Source: Craspedostauros australis (Eukaryota). Taken from it: 53,639 nt of DNA. The notes under the pieces are model-generated. The model worked only from the letters and a program-made list of their open reading frames with translations, was not told the origin of the DNA and did not search any database. The stretch lies in the NCBI GenBank assembly GCA_030167865.1, contig JALAGF010005004.1, positions 1 through 53,639 on the forward strand, read 5' to 3'. Position 1 is the first letter of the stretch; every line of letters starts with the position of its first letter. Positions 37,301 to 50,404 of this stretch are shown here, piece by piece. Made by a program: the position numbers and the translations under genes.

Positions 37301-40300
37301 CCGGAACTTGAGATGCCGAACCCTCCGCCAGAAAACGAACCACAAACGACGTCCGTAGCAGCAAATATCGCAGATATGCGGATCTTTGCCATCGACCCCG
37401 AGCTCGGTGTCCAGCTGCCAGTGGCAGTTGTGTCCATCGGTTCCACGTCCCTCACGATGTCAAGGTTGGAACTGGAGGATTCGAATGATCATGTCAAGGT
37501 CGTGAGGACAGAGGCGAATCCACAAGACTTCCAGGTGGTTGTGGAGTCCACGGTCTGGGCGGATTACTTCAAGCTGGGAATAACCAGGAGCTGGGAGCCC
37601 TTGCTCGAACCTGTGAAGTGTCTTGTTCTGTACGAGAAGTCGCTAATGCGAGGAGAAGGATTCATCATCGACGCAGACACGCCGGTGCATCTCAACCTCT
37701 CGGGCGCACTGCTCCAGATTCTGAGTGACACCTTCGAATCATTCGACAAGCAAATCCGTGAAACCTTCCAAAGCGAAGACAAGACCGGCAACGAAAGGAG
37801 CAAGTCGATGGCCAGTTTGTCGCCTGGAAAGAACCATGTCAGCGCACTTGTTGAAGACGGCGTCGGGCAGCAGGACGGAAACGAACGGATCATCCTGCAT
37901 GAAATCCCCAAGCCTCTGAAGCGCGGTGACCGTGTGGCGTTCTCCATGCGGAACTTGACGGGGCAAAAGATCAGGGTGCACCAGCTACCGGAGGCATCCG
38001 ATGAAAGCGCGAGGACGCAGCCAGCGATCGTGACGTACTTGAATGACAAAGAATCCATGGGGCTCACATTCGCTGCGACTGTTTCTCGCATCACCAATCT
38101 TTCCGTGACAGAGGTTCCATACCCGGGCTTCCTGAATTCCCAGAGCAACGGCGAATCTTCGCGATCAATGCAGCATTCCGTGAGCATTCAGCTCCCCGGC
38201 TTCACATGGCTCCCCGGGATCAAGGTGGATACGTTCGGGAGGAAGTTCCAGCCGATCGCCCCGAAGTCAGATGTCGTGCGAGCAAAGATCGCGAAGGATT
38301 GGAGGTTGAAGAATGCAATGAAGGTTCTGACCGAGGTGGGTCTGGATGGCGGTGGAAGACTGGTCACAGTCCGGAGTCTATTCGAAATCCGCAACAACAC
38401 CATGCACGAGATCAAGATCATTCTCCATCCCGATCCCTTGCACGAGCCATACATCGCGAGCATCGAGACCGATCTCGATCCATTGTTCGTGAACAGGTCG
38501 GAGGACAAAGACCAGGACGAGGATGCCGACGAGGTCATCAAACTGGAGCCCGGAGGTGTGTTCCAAATGCCAACATTGCTTGTGGAGAGTGCGCTGCATC
38601 TTGTTGGCAACCATCTTGGCTGCTTTTGGATTCGACCCACCACAGAAGGGCGAAAATCCGCATTTCGCAAAACACGCGACTTCGCAGACGTCGGTGAGAT
38701 CACGCGGGTGGACTTCTGTTCCCGTCCGATCCAGCTCGCGAAGATCGTCCACGAATCCTCCGTCATGTTTCAGGCCAACAACGGACAGGACATCCCGGTG
38801 GAGAAAGCCAAGAGCGGGATCCAGGTGTCGTGCCCGACAGCCTACGAATCGGTCAACACGAAATCACCATTCTGCTATGCGGTGGAGGTCGCCAGAAGCC
38901 CCATCGTCAAAAGTTCTCGTGAGGTAGATGATGCCCACGTCGCCGGATCGAAGCCAACGGCGGTAGCCACCGACAACAAGACTCCTGCACAGAACGAGAA
39001 GAAGCCTGCTGACAACCAAAAGTCAAGGAAGCGAATGCACCTGCATGGCCCGGTTGCCTACACGATCTCGGTCCATTCGCCGTTGGTGATTGCGAATCTC
39101 CTCCCGCAGGCAGGAAGGTTCGAACTGATGCACGCCGTGAGACGCACGGTGCTGTGGTACGCTGATCTTGTTCCTGGGCAGCAAATCCCCATCCATTCAG
39201 TTGGGCTTGATGCTCCGCTGCTCTTGCTTGTCAATCTCGGTTACTGCAGGACGCCGGTGGGAGAGGGAGCTCTGGTGCATCACGGTACGGACTTGCCATC
39301 AACTTCTCGCGACGCATCCAGCGGGCTCAAGACGATTGGGAAGGCCGTGCTGAAGGGCAGGAAACAAATCGGCAAGAAGCTCAACGCAATCACGGAATCG
39401 CCAGACAAACGGGCCCGCAATCGTCTCGATGCCGCAAGGAAGGTTTCGAAAAAGGCGGATACCAACAACAAAAGAACCACCATTGACGTCTCCACCAAGT
39501 CAGGATCCCTCGGTCTGGACAATACGTTGGGCGTTGGCTCGGGAGTTGCTGGCAAGGTCCACTCCATTGAAGGAACTGCGTATTCGGAGAACGACTTGGC
39601 GACCGAGACTACCGTGGTAGATGGCATGGGCCAAAGGCTACGGCTGAATGTCGAGAACACGCGCGGAGGTGGCGGACAACGTCGCATATCCTTGTTCTGT
39701 CCGTTCTGGATCATCAACACCACGGAACATGCTCTGCGGTACAAGAAAGAAAAATCGAAGTCCTTTGTCAGCGGCACCGTCGTTTCGCAGGCCAAGGACG
39801 GGTCTCAGCCCGTCGACGGCAGCAACCGAAACTACAGGAAGGAGCACACTGATCTTCAGCAAAGGCAGCTGTCCAATGCGGAGCAGTGGACGAACGCTGC
39901 TACCCCCCTGAATACAAAAACCATCTTCGCCGGGACGCCTGGTGCGTTGGCCACAGCATCTGGTAGGTGCAACTTGCCATCAGACAGCCTTTGCGAATTG
40001 CTCAACGGGGACATGCCGTTGGAGAAGCTCTCGGAGCTTGCATTCATGTTCAACTTCCACGAGGAAAACTCTTCGTCAGGCCACCAAATGATGAGCACCC
40101 AGCTCCACGATGGCACAGAACAAACGTCGTACACCACTGATTGGTCGCGTGGCTTCAGCCTCGATTCGGTGGGGGTGTCACAGACCGTGAGGTAAGCCGT
40201 GCAGCCATGTTTCATGCCGTCGTCTGCATGCAGTTGGCCAACGCACGATTGCCTTCGTCTCGGAGCCATTTGACATTTGCTTTGCAACCGCGCCAGAAAA

Positions 40301-43300
40301 ATGCGTCAAGCTCCACGGAATTGGCACCCATGTTGATACCGTGCGCGTGCTAGTACGAAGCCAATTTTCACATGCCTGTGTGCATCTACGCACGCATTGT
40401 TTATGGATACACTCACCCCATCCATCCTCCACCACCACGCCGCATTTCACTTCTCTGTTCTCTACTCTGTGCGATCTGCGCTCTGCTGAAAACACAATGA
40501 ATCAAATCAAATCAAATGCCTGCTACACTTTCGTCCTTTCCATGTACAATTCTACCATGTCGACTTTCGTACGTACTTACAGTATGCACTGCAGAGAAGG
40601 TCGGTACCTGCAGCTCTCCGTGGTGGTGTCAGTGGCTCCAGGCTTCTTGTCGGGATACACTAAGATTGTTCGATTCTTGCCCAAGTACGTCCTTTACAAC
40701 ACCTTGGACCGACCTGTGCGGATTTGGCAGGACAGCTCAGTGCATCGACAGGGCGGTGAGGAGCAGTACACGGGAGATTACAGCGACATTCATCGGATGA
40801 GCAACGGGCGAAAATGGAGGCTGGCTTCGGAGGACGTCCCTTCTGAAAAGCTCAGAATCAATCAGTACGAGTCGCTTCATGGCAGACAGGTCGTCCTGGA
40901 GGAACTCGAAGACGCACCTGTGCCACAAGGTACGACAGCACACGACTCCGCATTGTACATCACGACGATCCCATCATCCGAACTCGCAGCATTCCACATG
41001 CCTGACTCCCGAGCAGACAAAGAGCTGCGTTTGGATTTCGGCGGCCCCTTCAACGTGACATCGAGCTTCAACACGGACGCCCAGTCGGAACATACGCTGG
41101 CTGTTACGGGGTCTGTCGATCCCCGAACACTGCACTTCGTGTCGACAAGAGCGGCACCGAAGTACAAGATCGCGCTGCCCCCACCCAACTTGGCGACATC
41201 AGAGCACTGGGACGGAGAGCTCGGCGTATTCTTCGAAACTGATTGGGGTGGAGATCGTCGCATCGTGGTCAAGAGCACGAAGCGCGGGAAGTACGCATTC
41301 AACAATACCGATATCCACGTCGGCGACGAGTTGCTCCGAATCGATGGCGCGTCCGTTGCTCGGATGACATTCTCGGAGGCGATGCGGACATTAAAGGATC
41401 GAATTGCGTACGTTCGTTCAGTCCACAACGAGTCCTCTCAGGAGCAGCAGACCGCCCTCCGGCGTGGCATGAGACGACTCTCTCTCAACGCACGGCTCCC
41501 ATTCGGCCCGGGTTCCACAAAGAGCCAAAGTGAACGGCCAAATCAATCGAACCAACTGACTCTCACATTCCGAACCTTGGAGGAACGCCTCCGCAAGGTC
41601 CGGATGAAGGCCAACCGAGAGGCGGCAGACAACCAGAACCGCAACATGACGCAACGGATCGGAACGCAAGCCTCTGTCCGGAGCCTTTCGTCGTCCTCGG
41701 TCCGTCACGAGGCTGTGGGCGATGTCCATGTGGAAACGAAAACGCTGCACAACATCAATTTCATCATCCTGCGTCCGCAGGATCCAGCCAACCCTCCGTT
41801 CCGAATCCAGAACAGATCGCTGAAGCAGACTGTGTTCTACAGGCAGAGGGGCTGCGAGGGGCACAAGTGGAACTTCCTGAGTCCAGGAGAGAGCGCCTCG
41901 TACGCGTGGGAGGAGCCGATGAAATCGAAGAAGCTTGCCGTGAGGGTTGCATCCTCCGCCTTCGATGTGTTCAAGGCAGAGTTTGCGTCTTCGCAAGGCA
42001 GCGTGTCAGAAATCGGTCTGATCGCGAATGAGGAGAACCTCGGTCTGGCCGAGGAGCGACGGCTCGAGAAACGGCGTGCACGAGTGGCCAGGATGAGACA
42101 GGCACTAGCGTATCAGTTCGTGAACACGGAGGAAAGGGGTGGCTTCGGTCCGTCCGTCACAGTTCGTCTCGAGGAGATCGGCCATCGCAACTTCCTGCCG
42201 CTGCCATCGACCGATACTTCGATAGGTTCCAGGACAGCCAGATTCCTGACTTGCGAAGTCGATACTGATGGTGGGACGAGACAGCTGGTCATTTCCGATG
42301 GAGACGAGATCTCTGACGAAAGGGCCACGCTGCAGAGCCATCTTGACACTCTCAAGATGCAGGCAGCCTACGAACAGCAGCGCGTCGCGAATCTGAATTC
42401 AGTGAAGAATTCTCTCACTGTCAACAGTGGCCAGAACAATGCGAGGTACGGATATGGCCCGACCGAAACCGAGCACGACGAATCGGAGGCGAACGAACGC
42501 GCTACTGCCGCTGAGGAAGAGGCCAGGAATCTGATGGAGGACTTTTCAGAGGGGACGATAATCATGAAGAAGCACCAAATCATTGTGGAAGTGATGGAAG
42601 TGGTCGGCCTCAATTCATCCGACATCGTAGGCACACCAAATCTGTACGGCGAAGTATCCTTCAAGGCCCGCTCCAAGGCTCGTCGGTACTTCTTCCAAAA
42701 GCGGAGCAACAAGATGAAGACATACTTCGTCGAGAATAGCTTGAAGCCGAAGTGGAACGATCAGATGTTCATCTTCGATGTCCCCAAGGAGGCCGTGAAG
42801 ATCACCCGCGGTTACTCTGTGCACGTCAAGGTGAGGAACTTCCGCTCTGTCGGACAGCATCCCGTCCTGGGCCAGGCCGTTATTCATCTGGGCAACGTCC
42901 GGAATCAGAAGGAGCTGGTGGGTTGGTACCCTCTGGGAGGTCGAACGGGCCGCCGTGACGTCGAGGCGTCGCCACTGTCTGACTTTGGAAGAGGCTCAGT
43001 AAAGCTCCGTGTGCATTGGGTGTACACGAGCTCGGCGCTGATCGACTACTTCAAGCTGATCTGCGAGACGCGGTTGACGCACTTGATTTCCAGCCAGGTC
43101 GGCATGCGCAACCAATTGGCAAGCGCCATCGAGTCGGACAAACGAAAGCGAGAGGCTGATGACCAGGTCGCACGAGGGCGAAGAGGAAAACCGAAGCGCT
43201 TCGGACGATCGAAGAATCGGAATCTTGCCAAGCACAGCTCGAGGCAGCATGCTGGGAACCAGTCGCGGACTAAGTTAGAGCTGGAGAGCAAGGCGAGGAG

Positions 43301-46300
43301 GGTTGTCGGGAAGCTCAACCACGGTCTTAATTCCGGCGTGTCCGCCTTGAGGAGTTCGCTGCGAGCATCACGGGACCGCTATCTGTACGCGCTGTATTTC
43401 CAAACAGTGGAAAGCCGACGGAATCGGCAAGAAGTGCAGGAGGCTCAAAATGACGACACGAGCGCACAGGATTCGACGAACCAGGCATTGAGAACCTCGC
43501 TGCACCGGACCTCGAGCACAACGCAAGTCACCAAGAACCAGTCAGCATCATCATCGAAGATGAGCCTTGATAGCTTCTTGTCAGACCAACGGACCTCCAT
43601 GAGGAAGCTCGAGCCAGAAAACATCCACACCTCAAGACGCAGCCTGGATGATTTTTTTACAGATCAGAAGCAAACGCAGAAGAGTCGCGAGCAGACATTG
43701 CTCGATGCGCTTCAGACCGATTCGCTGAGCCAGAACTCGGGGCCTCGCCATCGTCGGTCAGTGGCAGTGTTCGACGCTGAAGGGAACCGCAGAACCATCT
43801 CGCACCGCCGTCTCTCCCTTGACAAGGACGACATGCTCATGGATGATGAGAGCGTGAAGGAATGGCATCCAGCACTCCGGCAGGGGCAGGCAATGTACGA
43901 CGCGATGGGGCCTGCTCGCGACATCGGCATATCTGACCTCATGTCCGTCAGCACCGACGTAGAGGAAGAGCAGAAGAAGAAAAAGCTGGTACGTCGCTTG
44001 GTGGAGACTGGCTTTGCCTTCCATCAGTGCGGAGAAGCGTTCCATGAGAACCACATGCCGTATCACTTCCGCCAATCGCTGTCCCAGACCATCGACCTGA
44101 ACAAGAGGGTCCCTGCACAGAAAGTCAAATGGTTCGTCGGAACATCATCCGAGGTGAGGCTGTTCAAGAGTTGGCAATCGGCGCAGGCCATTTACAACCA
44201 CCCGGACATCACTGTCATCCAATCCAACGGAAATTTCACGCTCCGGCTCAAGCCTCCAAGCAAGAGACCGTCCAGCAGCATCGAAACATCTTCGAACGTT
44301 TGGTCGTTGGTGCGCCACAAACTGATGGTGCCATCCATCAGTCCATCCGTGCTGCTCAAAAGGTCGGAGGCCAAAATCGAGGCCATGTACCAATCTCGAA
44401 AATCCTTTGAACACTCCTGTCGCCGATCGCTAAAGACCATGCTCAATCCAGGAGGTTGGCTGACCATCCGACCCATCACCGTGTTGAACTTGCCAGATTC
44501 CTTCAACGGCATGTTCGTCAAGGTTCGGTACGGCTCATCCATCCTGCAAAGCGAGACAGTGGACGCCAAGGTAACACCCCGGTGGCTCTCGCAGGAGGCG
44601 CAGGCATTCATGGAGGATTGGAAACCGACCGGAAGGATGGCAGCGAACCCGAACTACGGAAAGCACAACCGCTCGCGGGATGGCAAATTCGAATTCTGCC
44701 CCAACGATCTCCACATCCAGGTGGAGCCTCACCAAACGAGCGGCGTGATCAAGCTGGCCATTGTCGGTGAGAAATCACAAAACAAGACCGAGCTTGGCAT
44801 TCTGAACATCCCCTTGGGCGCGGCCATCGAAGCCTGCGTCGACGCAGCCGAGACGTACCTCGATCAGTCATCAACAGAGCAGCAGGAACCCAACCCCATC
44901 TTCGTACGATGGTTCCCCCTGATGAACCCTCGAGACAGCGCACCCGCCGAGGGTGACTTGGGCTTCAGCGGTCGGCCCACCGAAGAAGAGCAATCGCGTG
45001 ACAACGCCTTCCAGCAATACTTCGCCCCGTGCATACAGCTTGCTCTGATGTGGTGGCCAGATGTCGATGCCAGAGAAGGCGATGACGACGAAGATTACGG
45101 TGACGACATAGGGCTTGCGAGCGCTCCACCCAGCAGCCGACGTCTGAGCGACGGCAATGCTTTCTACACAAACACGAGCGGCGATGACATCGGACCAAGG
45201 CGGGTGCCGCATGCAAGCACTGGAGGGCCATCCGGCGTACTGAACTTCAGTAGGACCCCGAAGGTGCAGAAATACTACAAGGTTGACGTGAATCGCGTCT
45301 CAGCCGCACTCATCGATTCTCAGAAAGCATCCGAGCTTCTCGCCTTTGTGGCAAACGATATCGATCTGCGGTACTCCATCAGCAAGTCGAGGACTCGCGC
45401 AGGGCTCGTCGTTGGATGGATCCAGCTTGATCATCAGAACAGCAGGTCGAGAGAGCCCGTTGTGCTTGCCCCTACTCCCGTGGAGCACGTGCAACCAACG
45501 TTGCAGTTCCTGGCAGTCATCAACAATCTACGCTCCAAGGCGAACATCATGTCGTACGAGTACATTGGGGTAGCTGTGCAGGAGCTTGATTTCACTGTTG
45601 AGGAGTCATGGATCTTTGAACTTTGGGAATTCTTCATGGCCATATGGAGGAGGAGGCAGGCGAAGCTGCGGAATCTGAAAGGACAACGCAGAGCCGACGT
45701 GCTCCGCCGAAATGAGAACTTCTTCTCCATGGTGGACGAGATCGAGGCAGAAGAAGAGACAGTCTCGTTGCTATCGACGTTGCAGGCTGATGGCGCCATG
45801 GCTCCATCCCAGTTGAGGAAGGTTTACATCGAACAGCTTGTGCTTGGCTTGGTCAAGGTGAATCTTTCCTACGTCAAGGGCAAGAAGCAATCCTTCGAGC
45901 TCTCCGATGAAGGTGCCAGGGCATTGAAGAATGTGGAAGTGAAAGAACTTCATGCAATTGCTCTCGGTGCTGGAAAGAAGCAGCTGGCGACCATATCAAA
46001 AGCAGAAAAGTCCGAGGTGTTCGCACGCTGGAGTCAGCACACATCCGACGAAGAGATGCTGCAGGAAGACAGCGGTGAGTGTGTTGCAATACGAGTGGTT
46101 TGGCGAAGTCTGGATTGTATCGGTGTTGACACAGGTATTGGTGTTGGTGTTGGCGCCATTGGGCACGGAACACAAGCGAGAATGCATCAGAGTCAATGTG
46201 ATGTGATGTGATGCAACAACGCTCTGTTGCGTCACGATTTAACTTGATTCAACGAAGTGTGACAGGTTGGAATGAGGTCTGATGAGACGAGACGAGACGA

Positions 46301-49300
46301 GATCAGGTGTGATGAGGCCATATTTGAAGCTCTGAGTGTTGACACCGCGCCTAACCTCCAATTGCCTCTTTGCTTTTGTTTCCAATCCTTTCGATTGTAT
46401 GTGCACATACCGACATTTCTGTACATTTTGGATACCACACACATCCTATTTCACTTCCTTCCCGCACAGAAAACATGTCGTACAATCTACCAGGCATCAT
46501 CGCAGCTGTGTTTCCATCTGTATCGGACGCCCCGATCCGGCTGCAGGGCAAGACTATGCATCACCTCTTCGAAAGCCCGACGGAGATCTTTTCCAACATT
46601 AAGAACTACTACGTGAACGAGACCTTGAAGCAGGTATACAAGATTGTTGGATCCTTGGATTTCGTTGGCAACCCCACCATCCTTTTCAGCTCCTTCGTCA
46701 CTGGCGTCCGCGATTTCGTCGTTGCTCCGGCAACTGCATTCTTGAAGTCTCCCACGGATGTCAACCAGGTGGGAATTGGCGTGGCAAAGGGCGCCATCTC
46801 GCTCTTCTCGCACAGCACAAGCGGCATCTTCGGCTTCGCTGCCAAGATGTCCGCCACCGCAGGACACGCAGCAGCGATTCTTTCGCTGGACTCTGAGTTC
46901 CGACAGTGGCATCGCGATCGAGTTGTGACCGAGGTCACCAACATGAACCGCGAGTGGAAGCGACGCGGTGTGCAGGACATTTCCGAGATCGTGACCCGGC
47001 CTGTGGGCGATGTCGTTCTGGGTGTTGCTATGGGTGCATCTGGTTTGATCCTATCTCCCTACAAGGGCTTCATCAAGAAGGGCAAGTGGGGATTAGTGAA
47101 GGGCGTCGCCATAGGTACAGTTGGCGTCGTCGCGAAGCCTATCGTTGGATTCCTCGATGCGTTTACCCATTTCTCGGCGACCGTCCATGACATCGCCAGG
47201 AGCGTCAACATCCTCGAGCGTCGCTACCAGCCAGCGCTGAAGGTGCGTCTGCCATACATCTTCGGGCCCATGAAGATCCTGGCACCGTTCGATGCGGTGG
47301 CGGCCCGAAGCGTGTCTCTGCTGGGGTTGTTCAAGCCGAAGTCAAAGCGAAGGCAGAGGTACGGAGATCCCGAGACGAGCAAGGAAATCCACGTTCTGTC
47401 CGAAGTGCTGATGATGGAACCTGGCGTGGAAACGTACGCGATCGTCACAACATGGCGCATCGTGCTGATCAAGCTCAAGAAGGACAATTCCGGCGTCTTG
47501 CATCCGTCGTTCTGCTGGGAGGTGCCGCTCAATGCCAATTACTCCGTCACATCGCAGATCACAGATCACGGCCACAACGGTGTCGCATTGACCATCACGA
47601 AGACCAAGCGAAAACGTCGGAGAGCAAACCGAGACCCCGACGAGAACGAGCACGATGCAAAGATCGACAGCAGCAAGAACAGTGTCAGCATCGATATGAA
47701 TATGAATGCGACCATGAACAGCAGCATGAACATTAACACGAACAACAGTGTTCTGATGGACAACGCCTCCCAGCCAGGTCTTCCGCACCAGATGGTGGAT
47801 GACGACGACTTCATGGATGAGAGAGATGGAAAAGCGATGCTGACGGATGAACTGTACGCCATCGTGGAGGCAGACGGAGCAGACGTTGCCTCGGTGACGA
47901 AGCCAGCCCCGAAGGGCGGTGAATCAACAGCCGCGTCGGCTTGGTACACTGTTCTCGCGGAGTACCAGCACCGGCAGCAATTGACGAGGGTGCATAACGC
48001 TGTTTGCTGCATCACAGGGGCCCTGGAAAACGTGATCATGGAACGAGAACGCGGTGAGTGTGCAGGAGAGGGAGTGAGTTCATTCGGGATGTTCACATTC
48101 GAAAAGAGAATAGCGAAGGCCACAGAACAAGCTTACGACTACGATGAACTCTCCAAGACCCTGGACACGTTGCCGTGGTTGGGCGAGTCGATGTTCCGCA
48201 ACCTGCAGCATGTGCCGAGATCCCAGCAAAAGGAGGTCATGTACAACAGCAGGGAGAAGTGGACGTTTCCAATGGAGGTTGAATCCTCGGAGCAACAGGG
48301 TGGCCCGCAATGGCTCGTGATGAGCCGTGCCAGAGCCACCTTCGTCCCATTCGAACAGCAGTGCCTTCACATTAATCGCAAGTCTACTGATCCCGACGAA
48401 TCCACGGGCAGTTCCGTGTCCATCGACTACAACGACGGAGAGATGCTCCATGTGTTCGATGATGACGGAAACGAAGAGGAGGAAGGTCGCGGGATCAAAT
48501 CCATTTTGCATCACAGCACTCCTGGCGGCGTTGATTCCTCGGCCAACGCAATGGCCAACGGCGCCATGGAAGCAGACAGAAGCAACAGCGGCAGAAGCAA
48601 CATGGTCAAAGGCAACTTCGGCAGCAACATCGGCGACCCAGGCAACACTGGCAACATCAGTAGTCCATTCCAATCGATGACCACTCCGAGCCCTAGCCAG
48701 ACACACACTTCGGAGCAACCTGCAAGCAACACCAGCATGAAGCTCGGCAGCGAAAGGACAGCAGCATCCAACGAAATTGCGAGAGTCAGGAGCGGCGGTG
48801 CCATGTCGCATACTAGTTCAGACAATGTGAGAGTCGACCCAAGTACGAGTGCGAACAGGCCAGCAGCTTCGTCGCAACCACGAACACCTGGCAGCAGCGA
48901 GGATTTCATGCCCGCGCAGCAAGATTCGCGTTCGACGCCTCAGGACGGAATACCGAGAGATTCAACTTCGACGATCTACTCCGAGGCGAAGTCATCACTG
49001 GAGGCAGGCGCTGTGGGCTCCGCAGCTCATCCGCAAGAAGAGCCAGCTCAGGAGCGGACAACGGCTGGAAACACCCCTGCCTCGCAGGCTACCACCGATG
49101 TCTCGAATCGACCTGACTCTTCCATCGCGTCGACACCGTCGATGCAGAAGCCTGCATTGAAACCATCGAGTGCGGAGAGTTCAGCAGCGGCATCTTCCGA
49201 GTGGCTGTCCCGTCGCAATGATACGTCAATCGGGAGCAGGTACAGAGGCCGCGCACCGTCTCACGCAAGCGACGGATGGAGCGAGAGCACCGAATTCTCG

Positions 49301-50404
49301 TTGGCATTGCATGGCGCCGATTCATCCGTGACCGACGGCATGACTCTTGGCACCACACCGAGCCACTTGTCGGGAACGAACGTTCTGCGACTGCAGAGTT
49401 CCAGATCGACGAGCACAGCAGGCGCGAGCTTGGATTCGACGCAAATGAGCGCCACAAGCTTCCAGCAGGAGACGAGATTAAATCGGTTAGAGAGCCTCAT
49501 CGAGCAGCTTGCGATATTCAACGCAAGCAGCGAGCTGCAAAGAAGTCAATCTGTGGTGTCCGGTGTCGCTGCTGCTTCCGCTGCTGGTGGTGGCGGTGGT
49601 ATCGGCACTGGATCTGGAATGCTGCGTGGGGGTATTGGCAATGTCCAAATGCCTCCTGGTGCTTCCGCCGGTGCGACGACAGGAGCAGCAACATCCGAAC
49701 CGGTTGGCCTGCGCAGAGAGCTGGAGGACCTGAAAGCGCAAGTCCAAGCCAGAGGCAAGGAAGATGATGCATTGCGAGAAGAAATCACGCAGCTCCGTGC
49801 ACAGTTGGCAGGACGTCGACGACAGGCACAGCAGCGCGATGCCGACTTCCACCGCAACAACAACGGTCGCAACAACCTGCTGCGCAAGGTGCAAATACCA
49901 AACATGCTCCGCTTCACGACGACTCCCAGAAACGACGACAACGCTGGCAGTCGAAGAGTCGCAGGAGCATCAGCAGCCGTGGCAGGAGGTGGAGGAGGTT
50001 CAGGCGCACGAGGACGAAACGGAAACGGCGGGCATGGGCGCGTGGGTGAAACCATGTTCAGCAAGCTCACGTTCCCGCTGGGCGCCAAGAGGATGATGGA
50101 GTCGGAAGATGACAGCATCACGTCCATGCCTCCGTCCCTCGGCAAGTCCGGCGACACGCCCGCATCCAAATCTGCCGCCAAGATCCAATCATCGAATTCG
50201 AAGCAGGCAGCAAGTGGGGTCGCGAGGCGTTACTCCAACGATTCCATGGGCACGATGTCCAACGGAGCATCCACATCGGCATCCGCGTCCACGTCGCGAA
50301 AGTCGGCACGGCAAACCTCGAGGGTGTTGGAGCGCGCCAATCAGGACTTGGGTGCTCAGTACGGCGCCTCTCAGAATCGCACTGGCAACCGAGGGTACTA
50401 CTGA
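28316..50404 (+). CDS. VPS13: VPS13-family bridge-like lipid transfer protein; exons 28316-32983, 33365-40191, 40583-46074, 46470-50404; ~6973 aa
   Basis: Chorein_N (QLEFGIWNGDLSLKNVNLR...GSIGSMRIRIPWK), SWEPLLEP, VAB/SHR-BD-like repeats (FRIQNRS...YAWEEP) and VPS13_C (YKIVGSLDFVGNP, GVAKG, KPIVGFLD). Three GT-AG introns (32984-33364, 40192-40582, 46075-46469) all join in phase, for a 20922-nt CDS. Confidence 0.92.
41208..41403 (+). other. PDZ domain inserted in VPS13
   Basis: GELGVFF...IVVKS...IHVGDELLRIDGASV..MTFSEAMRTLK matches the PDZ pattern (GLGF-like loop; GDxIxxxxG). Confidence 0.75.
42579..43024 (+). other. C2 domain 1 in VPS13
   Basis: IIVEVMEVVGL..SDIVGTPNLYGEV...KTYFVENSLKPKWNDQMFIF...LGQAVIHL...WYPL...GSVKLRVHW. 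Confidence 0.8.
44454..44922 (+). other. C2 domain 2 in VPS13
   Basis: GWLTIRPITVLNL...FVKVRYG...SETV...TPRW...IKLAIVGE...ELGILNIPL...RWFPL. Confidence 0.65.

Noticed and set aside
28316-50404. Four separate large genes (1584, 2321, 1956, 1344 aa)
   Set aside because: In-phase GT-AG introns and the VPS13 domain order show they form one gene.
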